The position numbers and the translations under genes were made by a program. Shown in pieces: positions 1-10,529 of a stretch of DNA of 64,000 bases. The notes beneath the pieces are model-generated. The model ran no database searches. It saw nothing but the letters and a program-made list of their open reading frames with translations, and had not been told where the DNA came from. Source of the DNA: an uncultured virus (IMG/VR IMGVR_UViG_3300004686_000002) (Duplodnaviria; Heunggongvirae; Uroviricota; Caudoviricetes); IMG/VR virus record IMGVR_UViG_3300004686_000002, positions 62,001 through 126,000 of that record; one strand, given 5' to 3'. Every line of letters starts with the position of its first letter. Within the stretch, counting starts at the first letter, position 1.

Positions 1-1969
1 TAGCGACCACAGGCGTAACAGTTTTTTTAAACTTGCCTGAAATGGCGTCCCATGATAGATCTGCCACAGCGCTTCCAGCAGTATACGTACCTCCTGTGCC
101 TGTTGTTGATGGTACATTCGTGCTGTCTCCTGCTATTGATATGGTTCCTACAGTTATAGGTGCGGCTGTGGGGCCAGATATAGATATATTAGAGGTATCT
201 ATAACAGTAACCGTAAATGTACCGTTCCAGGAATTATTTGAATCATAAAAACCGGTCGTCACGACTTGTTGACCTGTTGTTAGTCCGTGCGGGCTTGAGA
301 AAGTTATAGCCCCCAATGTACCTGATACCCATGTGGCCGACACTATTTTTGGTAAATCAGAATATCCTACGGTATTAAACTGAGGAGTAATATTCACTAA
401 CAAATCCCCTGTGGCTGAAAGTTCTCCTGGGTCACTCTTCAAGTCAAACGAGATAAAATTACTACTGTTATTAGGTGCTACCCCTGTGGGAGGATTAGTG
501 GTTATGTTATAAGGCTTCAGGGAGCTTACAAGCTGTGTTCTCAGTGCTGGGTTGAATTTAGCGAAGTTTATAAACAGTCTTGCTCTGTTTCTATTGGTTC
601 CTTTAAATGTTTCCCATTGTGTTGGGTCCCATCCGGCGTTAGCTGTAAATGTAGCTCCTGTTGCGGCGGGGTGTATTGTTGGCTTATTTAATATTAATGT
701 ATATGGCCCTGTTGGACCGGATGCTCCTGTTGTGGAAAATACATTAGATATATATGTACCAGTATTTAAAAAAGACGCTGTGAGTAATGACTCCTGAGAA
801 ATACCGGAAACAGAAGAAACATGCAATGCTGTGGCTCCTGTGGCACTAGCTGCAGCCGATAATGTTAATGTTACGGGGGCGTAGGTAGTTAAAATATCTG
901 AAGCCCAAGGCTGTGTACCGTCAACATTAGAATACCACCAAATCCCATAATCATCTATAGAATATATCCCATCTGGAGCATATACATCACTATATCTTTG
1001 AGTTACGCCATTTTGTAAAATTTGAACAAAGTTAGATGGTACTGGAGGCAGGTTTGCCCCTAATTGATTTGCCTCAGCTATCTCATAACTATTTAACACC
1101 GTAGAGTCTGGTCCTGATGATAAATCAGAGGGTATATAGTAGAAAAATTTTGCAACTTGCCCTGCAGGGTTTGTTGGGATGACATAACCAGGAAGATTTT
1201 GTGCTGTGGCAGCGATCCACCCAAGTCTATCTGGGTTATTAGGAGAGCCGTAAGGCGTTGGAATTGTCCAAGTATGGCTACCGGAGTCTAAAACCGGAGG
1301 ATATACAGGACGATCTAATATATTATAACGATAGTTAATAAAAAACTGTGTAAATTCATCCACAGAAGGCTGAAGTATGAACTCTGTAGGAGACAAGGCA
1401 TACCCAACATAAACAGGAATACCGTCCGGGTTTTGTGTGATCTTTCCTGGTAATTTTCTAGATAGATAGTATGGCCCAACACTGAATGGTTGAACAACGC
1501 GGTTTCCATAGTTATCTAGAGAGTACTCTATTAATCCGTTGTATGGATCATCTATAGGCACAGAAAATTCGCACATGCCCTGAATATAGCAGTCTGCGAC
1601 ATTTCCAGGATTTACATCTCTAATAATTCCAAAAACATAATTAGAAGCATTGGGCTGGAACATGCTTGTGGTATGGTCTGTAGAGAAACCCGTAGATGCC
1701 TTTGATATTCCTTCTCCACCTTCATCACTTCTAAAATATACAACCGCAAGCTGTCCTACGGTAATTGGATTTGCTCCTGTTAAATCTCCAGGGTATATAG
1801 GTTGATTAAAACTAGTTAACGCAGACTTATTTTGAAGTTCATTAAACTCATCGTATAAATGCTGGTCGCGTTGAATCAACTGCTCTAGAGGTACATTAAC
1901 TACCTGCTGAGAAACATCTTGACCGTCTTGAATTAGTTTTACCGTGGGTACCCAGGGAGTTACTGACAT
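1..1969 (-). CDS. Tail fibre/baseplate-associated structural protein, running off the left edge (not in the ORF track)
   Basis: ATG at 1969 (MSVTPWVPTVKLIQDGQDVSQQVVNVPLEQLIQRDQHL...). My hand translation stays open to base 1. T/S/G/P-rich and directly downstream of baseplate genes. Confidence 0.7.
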   Translation of the reverse strand, partial: MSVTPWVPTVKLIQDGQDVSQQVVNVPLEQLIQRDQHLYDEFNELQNKSALTSFNQPIYPGDLTGANPITVGQLAVVYFRSDEGGEGISKASTGFSTDHTTSMFQPNASNYVFGIIRDVNPGNVADCYIQGMCEFSVPIDDPYNGLIEYSLDNYGNRVVQPFSVGPYYLSRKLPGKITQNPDGIPVYVGYALSPTEFILQPSVDEFTQFFINYRYNILDRPVYPPVLDSGSHTWTIPTPYGSPNNPDRLGWIAATAQNLPGYVIPTNPAGQVAKFFYYIPSDLSSGPDSTVLNSYEIAEANQLGANLPPVPSNFVQILQNGVTQRYSDVYAPDGIYSIDDYGIWWYSNVDGTQPWASDILTTYAPVTLTLSAAASATGATALHVSSVSGISQESLLTASFLNTGTYISNVFSTTGASGPTGPYTLILNKPTIHPAATGATFTANAGWDPTQWETFKGTNRNRARLFINFAKFNPALRTQLVSSLKPYNITTNPPTGVAPNNSSNFISFDLKSDPGELSATGDLLVNITPQFNTVGYSDLPKIVSATWVSGTLGAITFSSPHGLTTGQQVVTTGFYDSNNSWNGTFTVTVIDTSNISISGPTAAPITVGTISIAGDSTNVPSTTGTGGTYTAGSAVADLSWDAISGKFKKTVTPVVA

Positions 1970-1975
1970 ATTTTT

Positions 1976-2545
1976 TTAGGTTACGAGGAATTTAATTCCC
2001 CAGGTTATTGTAAAGTTAAAAGTAGAGTCGTAGTTAACTGGGTTAAACGAAGTTCTTGAAAATACGATATCTTGCGCGCTGTTATTTGGATTAGGAGCAG
2101 AAACAAGTGCCACTTCATAGATATTGCTGCTCCCTCCTTGAAAGGCGGCTCCCCCGAACGCTGTGGAATATGTTATCAGAGTGCTGAATAAAACTGTATT
2201 GTTTGTATAGTTGGGGTCAGATAAATAACTAGGTGTGAACGTTAGCGGTTCTCTAAGATAACCAAAACCCGCAGAAGCATTAAAATTGCTGAAAGGTTGT
2301 GAATAACTCACATCTATGGTAGGAGGACTAAAAGAGGAATTATTATTATAACCTATATACATTCCCCAAATACCTCCATTAGGTACCCCGGCTAAGGCTT
2401 GGCTCATTACCGTAGCTCCTCCATAAAGTACCAAGTTAGGTTGGTCCACCACAAGTTGTGATTCTCCCGTGATAGGTGAGGATTTCCAGATCTTAACAAA
2501 CCCAGAAATAGATTTATTCAAATTGTTTTTTTCTAAAGCGCCCAT
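1976..2545 (-). CDS. Baseplate/tail-fibre attachment protein
   Basis: 189 aa; N-terminal NLVLYGG and C-terminal IYEVAL...FSRTSF...ITWGI pattern typical of fibre-collar proteins; position. Confidence 0.55.
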   Translation of the reverse strand: MGALEKNNLNKSISGFVKIWKSSPITGESQLVVDQPNLVLYGGATVMSQALAGVPNGGIWGMYIGYNNNSSFSPPTIDVSYSQPFSNFNASAGFGYLREPLTFTPSYLSDPNYTNNTVLFSTLITYSTAFGGAAFQGGSSNIYEVALVSAPNPNNSAQDIVFSRTSFNPVNYDSTFNFTITWGIKFLVT

Positions 2546-2570
2546 ATATTTTTCTTATTATACTTTAAGG

Positions 2571-4370
2571 TTAAGAAAAGTCTATCAATAACACAGTAGG
2601 AATGTCTCCATTTGTTTTTGGTGGGTTTGTTATTGGTATATTAGTGAATACTTTACCGTCAAGAGCTCTAGGGCCCGTACCACCTCTAGCTGCCGAAGAA
2701 TTGGCTAGTGTTAGATTATCTAAATTTTCGGAGTAAAACAAAGGGTTTCCATCATAGGCATGTGGGGTTTTACTTAAACAAAAAAGTCTATTTTTATAAT
2801 CTTTATAGTACGCGGGGTCACTCACACCTGTTCTTGGTCTTGTTCCGTCTGCGTTAGAGCCGTCTATACTAAATTGAAGTCCAGGAAATCCTGGGATACT
2901 GTAACGAGAATTCATGCCAGAATAAACATCTGCGGATAAATTTAAATTTACATCCAACAAAATATATAAATGAGAAGGAAGGTACTTTTGAAGTAATGGA
3001 TAATAATTAAAAAATGTAGCTACATCGTCAGGTGTATAAAAATTAAATTTAAGTAATGCGGTATTGCTTTTAATGAAATTGTTAAATATAAAATCAGCCG
3101 GAACTATAACTGCAGTATTTCCAGGATTATTAAGCCCTAGTGCCTTTAAATTACTTTGTACGTTTTCTTGTGCGTTTAAAAAAGCATTAAATTGTGCCAC
3201 ATCTGAAGCATTTCCAAGTACGGGAAAATTTATATCTCCGTTTATATCTCTGGTTACTAATTCTGGGGATGTTGAAAAAAACAGCTGATGTTTATAATTA
3301 CCTATAAAAATATGTGGAGATAGACCTATTTTTGGTGTATTAACCACCGTTTTCCACCAATGGTTATCCAGTAATTGATCATAAAACTGTACAGTATCTA
3401 CCAAGATATCTCCGGCATACACAACGCTGCCCGCTTTAAACTTTTCTAAAATTGTTTGATATATTTCAAATTTGTAAACTCTCTTATCTGTAATCACATA
3501 ATTAAACAAATTATCAGAGTATATATCTTGAATAGTTTCTTCTGCCTCAATCACAGGAGTTACCCCGTTAAATGCCGCCATTATGGACTTAATAGCGTTA
3601 ATTGTAGGGCCAGAAACAAAAAGATTAAACACCCCCTCCAGTATGGCCTTATATGCTTCAGAAGAATTTAACCTTAGGTCAAACAAAGAACCAAAATTAT
3701 TATATAATTCTTTGTTGTCAACCTGAGCATTATATCCCCAAAGAATAATCAACTGGTCATTTTGAGTCACACCGTCTTGATCTACGAAGGTGGCGGGAGT
3801 GCCGTTGGTGTTTATTAAATTTGTTTTAGGTAAACCAGGGTCTTTGAAAATATCTACGTTAAAATAAAGTACATTGGACGCATCTACGACTACATCCACA
3901 CCGTTAACATACAAATTAGAAGGAGCTATTACTCTGTCAGCAATTACTGAAAACTTTCTAAGATCAAAAGTTGGAGAAAAATTAAAAACTCCATTTGATG
4001 CGCTCTTTGACTTACCAAACAAGAATGTTTGACCTGCGTAATACGTATCATTGGCGGGCTGCGCGCCAAAAACAACAGTCTTAGGAGCAAATTCAATAGG
4101 AGTATAATTAAATTTCGATTTTTGAATTACTATTGGCTGCCATTTTACCTTATTAAAGATAGGAATTTGTTTTACTGAATATGAATTCAATATATCTATG
4201 AGAGAATAATAACTCTGTATTAATTCTTCAGCCATGGCTAAAGTATAGCCTTTTAGCGTGTCTGTTTCCTGGAATACTTGGGTCCAAAAAGAACCCAAAG
4301 ACATATAGAGATTATTACTGTTTGTATAATCGCTTGATGGATATTTTGAAGATAAAAATCCTAAATTCAT
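2571..4370 (-). CDS. Baseplate wedge protein (putative)
   Basis: 599 aa, overlaps the baseplate J-like gene by 4 nt; GPTINAIK and QKYLPSHL segments resemble wedge proteins. Confidence 0.55.
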   Translation of the reverse strand: MNLGFLSSKYPSSDYTNSNNLYMSLGSFWTQVFQETDTLKGYTLAMAEELIQSYYSLIDILNSYSVKQIPIFNKVKWQPIVIQKSKFNYTPIEFAPKTVVFGAQPANDTYYAGQTFLFGKSKSASNGVFNFSPTFDLRKFSVIADRVIAPSNLYVNGVDVVVDASNVLYFNVDIFKDPGLPKTNLINTNGTPATFVDQDGVTQNDQLIILWGYNAQVDNKELYNNFGSLFDLRLNSSEAYKAILEGVFNLFVSGPTINAIKSIMAAFNGVTPVIEAEETIQDIYSDNLFNYVITDKRVYKFEIYQTILEKFKAGSVVYAGDILVDTVQFYDQLLDNHWWKTVVNTPKIGLSPHIFIGNYKHQLFFSTSPELVTRDINGDINFPVLGNASDVAQFNAFLNAQENVQSNLKALGLNNPGNTAVIVPADFIFNNFIKSNTALLKFNFYTPDDVATFFNYYPLLQKYLPSHLYILLDVNLNLSADVYSGMNSRYSIPGFPGLQFSIDGSNADGTRPRTGVSDPAYYKDYKNRLFCLSKTPHAYDGNPLFYSENLDNLTLANSSAARGGTGPRALDGKVFTNIPITNPPKTNGDIPTVLLIDFS

Positions 4371-5983
4371 GACACCAGAGTAATTCCAATATTGTCAATT
4401 ACACCTGCACCACCAATAGAGGTGTCAAAATAATTTATAAAAAATTGTACGGTTTTTGGAGAAACCCCCAGAGGAATATTAGTTGGTATTTCTAGACTAT
4501 CGCTTCCGGTTATAGTTATTGTTGTGCCATCGTTACATAGAATCTTTCCTGTCATGCTTATAGGAAGTTCAACTCTAGATATATTATAATTATGGCAAAT
4601 TTTTACTATATTCGACGCATGTACAGATCCACCGAACGGTATCGTATTTATATATGTAAAAATATCCTGCTTCAATTGGTTTAACTTCAAGGAGTCATAT
4701 GTGTCATTGGGGTTGTTCAATACCAATGAAAGGTTTAAAGAAACAAAGCAGGGTAGGGCGGCTTTAACCAAATAATCCGCACAAGCGAGACGTTCATCAC
4801 TAGACGTGACTAAATCCTGAATATCCCCTATATGCGGTTGATAGTATGAAGAAACCACAAAATCTGCGGTGCTCCCCACAGCCAGTAATGGATTTTCATC
4901 ATATGTAAACGTTATCGTAGCTGTTTGATACTTTGTAAATCTAGCATCCTTATAGTTATTTAAAACATTATTAATGGTTGATTCAAATGTTCGATACCCA
5001 TAAGTAATGTTGGTTATAGGTAAAGTACCCCCTAGGAGCTGCGTGGAATTAGGTATTATTGAAAAAACTGTATAAAACCCCGCGCAATAAGAATTATCTA
5101 AATTAAACTGCCAGGTACTTGCAGCTATTTTTTTACCTGTAACTATAGCTGTGTATGTCTCCACTCCCACACAATTGCGTAAATAAACATCCGCCATACC
5201 AAATGTAGAAATGCCAAAAGAGTTTTGTTTAGACCTGGTCATTTCAACATCATTAGCTCCACAAACAGACAAGGTTTGAAAAGTTGGATATATATTCGAA
5301 AGTCTATTCGCTATACCTGCCGGAGATTCAAATCTCGAACTACCCAGCTTATTTTTAAATGTAGAAATTAGTTGCTGGTCGGTTTGTTCTGGAAGACCCG
5401 AGGTAAAATTACCATAAGCATTGGCGGAAACAAAGTTGGATATTACTCCAGTAATAACCGTAGAAAATACTGTACCTGAAGACACTTGAGATGCATAGCC
5501 CACCGCAGTTGCAGTTACAGGAAGAATAAAATAATATTTATTTCCCTCTGTGTATAGTTGTAACTCTCCGGCGGATATATTTGGAGTTAAAGATATTCTG
5601 TAAGCGCTGTTTACCTGATAAACTAACTGAAGAGTAGGTTGAATGAATTGAAGTGTGTTAGAGACTGTATAATTGCCAGGAGAACTAACATAAACTTGTA
5701 TATTTCCGGTAGAATAGGCTCCTTGATTTCTAATGGTATTATAGTTAGAGGCAATTAAATCTATAGTTGAAGTATATGTGCCGGTGGTGCTGGCTAGTGC
5801 CTGGCTTATGGCCTGCCCCTGAGATAGAGAGGAAATATTGTTATATTGAACATTTTGAAGAGACGCAGCCAATTTTATCACAAGTTCGCTTATTACAGAT
5901 CCTGGAGCAGTATCCGCATTAGCGAAATTTTGGCTTATAAATGTTGTTAGCCTGGTGGCTGTATCTTGCACTGATTCACTCAT
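4367..5983 (-). CDS. Baseplate J-like (P2 gpJ/T4 gp6-type) wedge protein
   Basis: APGSVISELV N-terminus, VTATAVG, GLPEQTDQQL, YINTIPFGG; follows the gp25-like gene. Confidence 0.75.
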   Translation of the reverse strand: MSESVQDTATRLTTFISQNFANADTAPGSVISELVIKLAASLQNVQYNNISSLSQGQAISQALASTTGTYTSTIDLIASNYNTIRNQGAYSTGNIQVYVSSPGNYTVSNTLQFIQPTLQLVYQVNSAYRISLTPNISAGELQLYTEGNKYYFILPVTATAVGYASQVSSGTVFSTVITGVISNFVSANAYGNFTSGLPEQTDQQLISTFKNKLGSSRFESPAGIANRLSNIYPTFQTLSVCGANDVEMTRSKQNSFGISTFGMADVYLRNCVGVETYTAIVTGKKIAASTWQFNLDNSYCAGFYTVFSIIPNSTQLLGGTLPITNITYGYRTFESTINNVLNNYKDARFTKYQTATITFTYDENPLLAVGSTADFVVSSYYQPHIGDIQDLVTSSDERLACADYLVKAALPCFVSLNLSLVLNNPNDTYDSLKLNQLKQDIFTYINTIPFGGSVHASNIVKICHNYNISRVELPISMTGKILCNDGTTITITGSDSLEIPTNIPLGVSPKTVQFFINYFDTSIGGAGVIDNIGITLVS

Positions 5984-5986
5984 AAA

Positions 5987-6466
5987 TTATATAGGTAAAG
6001 GTACCAGAAAGCTAACAACATCACCAGCTAATGTTGTTATTTGTACAGAAAAACTTACAGAACCAGGAGTCAATATAATCCCTAATAGCTTAGTACTACT
6101 TAATTGTTCGTCTGCAGGCATATCTGAATTGTTGATTTGATAATTTTTAATAATATTAACAGCAAGATAATCTGCAAGAGAAAATATCTGGCCAGCTCTT
6201 ATATTATCTACCGGCGACAAACCTTGCTGTAAAGTTTGTAAAAAAGATGTACCAAAAGAACTATAATTTTCTTGAGATCCTGCATTAGTTAATAAAATAA
6301 TCGCATATCTTTGTACCAATTTTTGAACACCTGAGCACAACTGAGAAGGATTGCCAAAAGACGGAGAAACTGCTACAGGCGTAGCAACGTTAGGTGACGG
6401 TGTGCGTAAAATACTTACGTCTACCTTTCTACCAGTATAATTTGTAGATGTTCCTGAAATAGGCAT
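5987..6466 (-). CDS. gp25/gpW-like baseplate protein
   Basis: SGVQKLVQRYAIILLTNAGS...FGTSF pattern; 159 aa; upstream of the J-like gene. Confidence 0.7.
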   Translation of the reverse strand: MPISGTSTNYTGRKVDVSILRTPSPNVATPVAVSPSFGNPSQLCSGVQKLVQRYAIILLTNAGSQENYSSFGTSFLQTLQQGLSPVDNIRAGQIFSLADYLAVNIIKNYQINNSDMPADEQLSSTKLLGIILTPGSVSFSVQITTLAGDVVSFLVPLPI

Positions 6467-6467
6467 T

Positions 6468-6881
6468 TTATACGTCTAGTTTTGTTTTAAATGTATTAAA
6501 TATAGCTATAGACTGCCAAACATTATACATAGTTCTTCCTCCCTTTTGGGACAAGTCTCCTCTATAATATTGCAGTCTTGACTGATGTCTTAGAACGAAT
6601 GATTTATTAAATGAGTATAGTTGACTTATCTCTAACTTAATAGCAGAAATTCCTTTTCTGGACTTAGCATCCTCTACTTTAAAACGCTCTGTATAATCTG
6701 AGTTTAAGTTAGTCCTATCTGTGGCCTTTTGGAGATCTTCCATTTTGAGGGTGCCTTCCCAGTTAACAGAGTCTAGAAACCATTTTCTAGCCATTCCTGG
6801 CGTGGTCATTGATAACGGGAGTTCTTTAGAAAAGAACACATTCATTAACTGAGTTAATTTTGGTAAAAGATTTGCTATCAT
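6468..6881 (-). CDS. Hypothetical protein
   Basis: 137 aa ORF packed tightly in the operon. Confidence 0.6.
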   Translation of the reverse strand: MIANLLPKLTQLMNVFFSKELPLSMTTPGMARKWFLDSVNWEGTLKMEDLQKATDRTNLNSDYTERFKVEDAKSRKGISAIKLEISQLYSFNKSFVLRHQSRLQYYRGDLSQKGGRTMYNVWQSIAIFNTFKTKLDV

Positions 6882-6882
6882 A

Positions 6883-7521
6883 TTATTTCCATCCTTCGTT
6901 AATTTTATCGCTTATCAATTTTATCCTTTGATTTGCTTGCGCTTCTGAAATATTTAATTTCTTTGCTATGTTTTTTATAGGTAAAGTAGGTCTCCCTCCG
7001 AAACCTGTCATGTGTTCAAATATTAATTTATCTTTAGGGGTTAAATCGTGATAAACAAATGCAACCCATTCATCATTAGAGCTATCCATGATTGTGGGAG
7101 TATTTAACATGTTATTAAAAGAAATTATGGATTTTTTGTTTTTAAGCAAATTATTAATTGTTTTTATATTCATTCCTGAATAGTCGGATAGCTCTTCTAC
7201 GGTGGGATTGCGCCCTAGCTCACTATCTAGTTGCTTTTCTATATTATTGAGTTTGTTTATTGCAAATTGTGTATTTTCTGGAAGTCTCACAGAGCTGCCG
7301 TATTGCGTAGAAAGTCTAGATAATTTTTTTAAGCTATTAACAAGATGTGTGCTAAATTTACCCATGCTTGGAGAATAACTTTCTGCCGCACCTCTGGCCA
7401 ATCTATGTGCCTCTATCTGTGCAGTAATAAAAGGAATATTTGTTGAATATTTTTTTGCTTCTGAATCTATGAGTTTTTTATGCTCAGTCAGCAGTTTATT
7501 TATTTCAGTGATATTTTGCAT
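6883..7521 (-). CDS. Sigma70-family RNA polymerase sigma factor
   Basis: Region 2 (GKFSTHL), VRLP, region 3 (LGRNPTVEELS), region 4 HTH (LTPKDKLIF...IKNIAKKLNISEAQANQ). Confidence 0.85.
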   Translation of the reverse strand: MQNITEINKLLTEHKKLIDSEAKKYSTNIPFITAQIEAHRLARGAAESYSPSMGKFSTHLVNSLKKLSRLSTQYGSSVRLPENTQFAINKLNNIEKQLDSELGRNPTVEELSDYSGMNIKTINNLLKNKKSIISFNNMLNTPTIMDSSNDEWVAFVYHDLTPKDKLIFEHMTGFGGRPTLPIKNIAKKLNISEAQANQRIKLISDKINEGWK

Positions 7522-7522
7522 A

Positions 7523-9226
7523 TTAAGAGGCTCCTATGTCTCCTGTAAAATTGCTTTTAAATGAATCTTCTTTACCTTGGTTGTATCCAGTAAAGGCATC
7601 CTCTTTTACTCCCACGGGTTCCGGGGGAACTCCGCCCCATCTACCACAACAAAAATTTACAATTGTTATAGCTGCCCCACCTGCTGGAGGGGTCATATCT
7701 ACTCGATGAGTTACGCTTTCTACCCAAAAGTCTAAAAATGCCCCAGAGTTATTTTCTCCAGACTTAACAAATATGGTTCCTCCTGCTCCTGGAGCCCATT
7801 TGGCGTTAAATGACATAGTTATACTTCCTTTTCTTTCTCCATATCTAGCCTGATAAAATTTAATTTGAGCGTAATTTTTTAATTTATCAGGGTTGGCTAG
7901 TTGTCCTTTGTAAATGTCCTGCTTGCTTTGCGCCCTATCTTTTTGATTTTCCTGGCTATCGTTTGAGCCGTACTCTTGCTTATCACCATAATAAGATTGA
8001 GACGGTCCGGCGTCTGCTTTGGTTTTTAAAGATTTTGCATCGCCAGCGTAATTTTCACTATCCTGCGTTAAAAATGAAAATGGATGTTCTTCTATAATTA
8101 AAACACCCGAAGCATTAGTTAATTCATTTTCATCTTTATAATACCCTATCATGTTACAATTAAGGGGCAAATCGTTTAGATTCTGTCCGGTAACTATAAC
8201 TCGGTTAGCCAATAGCACGGCAAAAACATCTTTGTATCCATTGTCATTGTAGGAATAACCTCCATAGTCCGCAGGATATGCTTTATTTATTTCTGAAGAC
8301 TGTTGTTTGGGTCCTGGTCTTGAGTGCGTTTGTGTAATAAAAGATCTTTCAGGTATAACAAATCCTCTTTCTGAGCCAAATACTATAGTTAAACCTAAAA
8401 AGCTTAAAAAGTTCAAAAAATTCTCTAAAATTACATTAGACCCTTTAAAGAAAAAATGCTTTATTACGCTCATCGCATTAGGTAGAGAAGATTTAATATC
8501 TGTAAGCACTCCTCCATCAACTGAAGAAATGTCAATAGCTTCGATTATATCTAATGCCTTAGTTATGGCTTTCTGATATCGTTCTTCGCTATATATCTGT
8601 ACTAATGCTTGCTGATTTTGAGTGTCTTGTTCTTTACCTATAAATGTACTAAAATCTGATTTTTGAATATTTAATATTGTTTTTATTAATTTAATATAAA
8701 ACTTTAATGGATTTTCAGTTGGGTCTAACCCAGACGAAAAAGCCTTATTAATCATCGCTTCATCGCTTTGATCATCGGGATTATCAGAATTTGATAAAAT
8801 TGAATAATATGGATTTTTATATATGTCCACAGAATCCGGAGTTAAACCAGGAGTCATTGTGGTTAATTCCAATAATGTTTGAGCTTTACCCTTAAGCACT
8901 GCTTGGTATCTGATATCTCCTACATTGTTGCTTGAACTAACACCGTCTAAAAATCCTTTCCAGGATAAATTGTGTGACCTACTACCGCCAACTCCTGAGG
9001 ATTCTTTTGTACTTATGTTAACATTTATAAGAGTTTGTCTTTTAAACGTGTCGGGAGATGCAAGGATTCCGCTGGTATTTCCTGATATTCTTGCCGGAGG
9101 TCCCGGTTCCGCTGGCGCAAAATCTACCGTACACACCGGGATAGCTCCAGCAGTAAAATTTAAAGTAACTCCGGTAACTGTCACACCAGGTAAGGGAGAT
9201 ACGGAGAGCTGTACGTCTGATGGCAT
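7523..9226 (-). CDS. Baseplate hub-like protein (putative)
   Basis: 567 aa; C-terminal WAPG...FWVESVTHRVD resembles the end of gp27/gpD hub proteins; position. Confidence 0.5.
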   Translation of the reverse strand: MPSDVQLSVSPLPGVTVTGVTLNFTAGAIPVCTVDFAPAEPGPPARISGNTSGILASPDTFKRQTLINVNISTKESSGVGGSRSHNLSWKGFLDGVSSSNNVGDIRYQAVLKGKAQTLLELTTMTPGLTPDSVDIYKNPYYSILSNSDNPDDQSDEAMINKAFSSGLDPTENPLKFYIKLIKTILNIQKSDFSTFIGKEQDTQNQQALVQIYSEERYQKAITKALDIIEAIDISSVDGGVLTDIKSSLPNAMSVIKHFFFKGSNVILENFLNFLSFLGLTIVFGSERGFVIPERSFITQTHSRPGPKQQSSEINKAYPADYGGYSYNDNGYKDVFAVLLANRVIVTGQNLNDLPLNCNMIGYYKDENELTNASGVLIIEEHPFSFLTQDSENYAGDAKSLKTKADAGPSQSYYGDKQEYGSNDSQENQKDRAQSKQDIYKGQLANPDKLKNYAQIKFYQARYGERKGSITMSFNAKWAPGAGGTIFVKSGENNSGAFLDFWVESVTHRVDMTPPAGGAAITIVNFCCGRWGGVPPEPVGVKEDAFTGYNQGKEDSFKSNFTGDIGAS

Positions 9227-9235
9227 TTATTTAAA

Positions 9236-10069
9236 TTATTTAATGAGTTTGTTTACCCTAGTGATATAGCAATTTAAAAGCCCAGCAAATCTATATACAG
9301 AATTAAAGTGTAAATTCCATATATTTTCGTTTGTTTTTTCATCTGTGTCTAAACCATAGTTAATCATATTATCCACCTTGCTGTTGGCTAACTCTAAAGC
9401 CTTTAATGTATCTTGAAAAGAAAAACGTAAAGGAGCCTCTGCAATAAAAGTCCACTGTTTGTTTGAAGATAGGTTAAAGTTATTAAGTGGACCAGTAATA
9501 ATGAAAGAAAGGTTTGAGCCCCCTATTTGCATCGATGTAGAAGAGGTAGGAGAGTTTTGGGATATTGTTAATGGTATGGTTAGATCTCCTGTTAAGGTTT
9601 GCCCAAATTGGTTACCATTTAAAAAAAGCTTATCTATATTTGAAAAGACTGAAATGGTATTTGTAGAGCCCAGCTGAGAAACAGTATATGAATTATAATA
9701 ATAATTATTTTTATTGTTTTTGTATTTACCTGTAACTAACAATGAGTAATTTGGATTATTACTTACAGGCGGAGAGATTTGATAAGTTCTAAAATATTCA
9801 GTTAATTTATCTAAATCATATGTAATTCTATTATCAAACGATGTTAATAGGTCAACTAGCCCTGTTGAATGTATCAACCTTAGGTAAGAATAACATAAAA
9901 ATTGCTTTTGATATGCTGTTGTTGCAGGCGGAAAAATTATATTGTAAAAATCCTGCAGGGCCTTTGGTAGTGTCACGGGAGAATAGTTTCTATCTATAAA
10001 ATAAGAAGGAGTTCCCCCATTTTTGACCCCGGGAAGATTCATTAATAAAGTGGCGTAATGATTAACCAT
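9236..10069 (-). CDS. Hypothetical tail/baseplate protein
   Basis: 277 aa ORF in the tail operon. Confidence 0.5.
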   Translation of the reverse strand: MVNHYATLLMNLPGVKNGGTPSYFIDRNYSPVTLPKALQDFYNIIFPPATTAYQKQFLCYSYLRLIHSTGLVDLLTSFDNRITYDLDKLTEYFRTYQISPPVSNNPNYSLLVTGKYKNNKNNYYYNSYTVSQLGSTNTISVFSNIDKLFLNGNQFGQTLTGDLTIPLTISQNSPTSSTSMQIGGSNLSFIITGPLNNFNLSSNKQWTFIAEAPLRFSFQDTLKALELANSKVDNMINYGLDTDEKTNENIWNLHFNSVYRFAGLLNCYITRVNKLIK

Positions 10070-10074
10070 ATGAA

Positions 10075-10518
10075 TTAAAGATGATGGTCTACTACGGAAA
10101 AAGACATTTGAAAATTGCCCATAAAGTCGGGTTCTGAAAGCATTGTTAAATTTGCATTAGTGACCACAACAGTAAAGGTTTGCCCGCCCATGGTTATTTG
10201 CTGTGTTGTGCCTCTCAATGAAGAAAAAGCTGAGAGATATTGGGAGGCTCCTGGTAAATTTTGGGAACAATCAGAAAATAAAGTTCCATTTGCCGTGATA
10301 TTTCCAACACCCTTACCAAAATGAATATACTTGATAACGTCGTCAAACGTTAAAAAATATTGTATTGTTTCTCCGAGTTGAAGAGTTACGTCGGAATATA
10401 CTGCTAAACCTGATTGTCCTATTATAGCGTCTAGTGAGGGAATCGTTAAAATAGAAGATGCCCCGCCTGTTCCGCGTTTAAAAACATCTCCGGATCCTTG
10501 GTAAAAAGTAGCAGCCAT
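10075..10518 (-). CDS. Tail-tube-like (tube initiator) protein
   Basis: 147 aa, beta-rich, immediately downstream of the tape measure gene; similar size to 17358..17798. Confidence 0.5.
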   Translation of the reverse strand: MAATFYQGSGDVFKRGTGGASSILTIPSLDAIIGQSGLAVYSDVTLQLGETIQYFLTFDDVIKYIHFGKGVGNITANGTLFSDCSQNLPGASQYLSAFSSLRGTTQQITMGGQTFTVVVTNANLTMLSEPDFMGNFQMSFSVVDHHL

Positions 10519-10529
10519 ATATTTTTATA

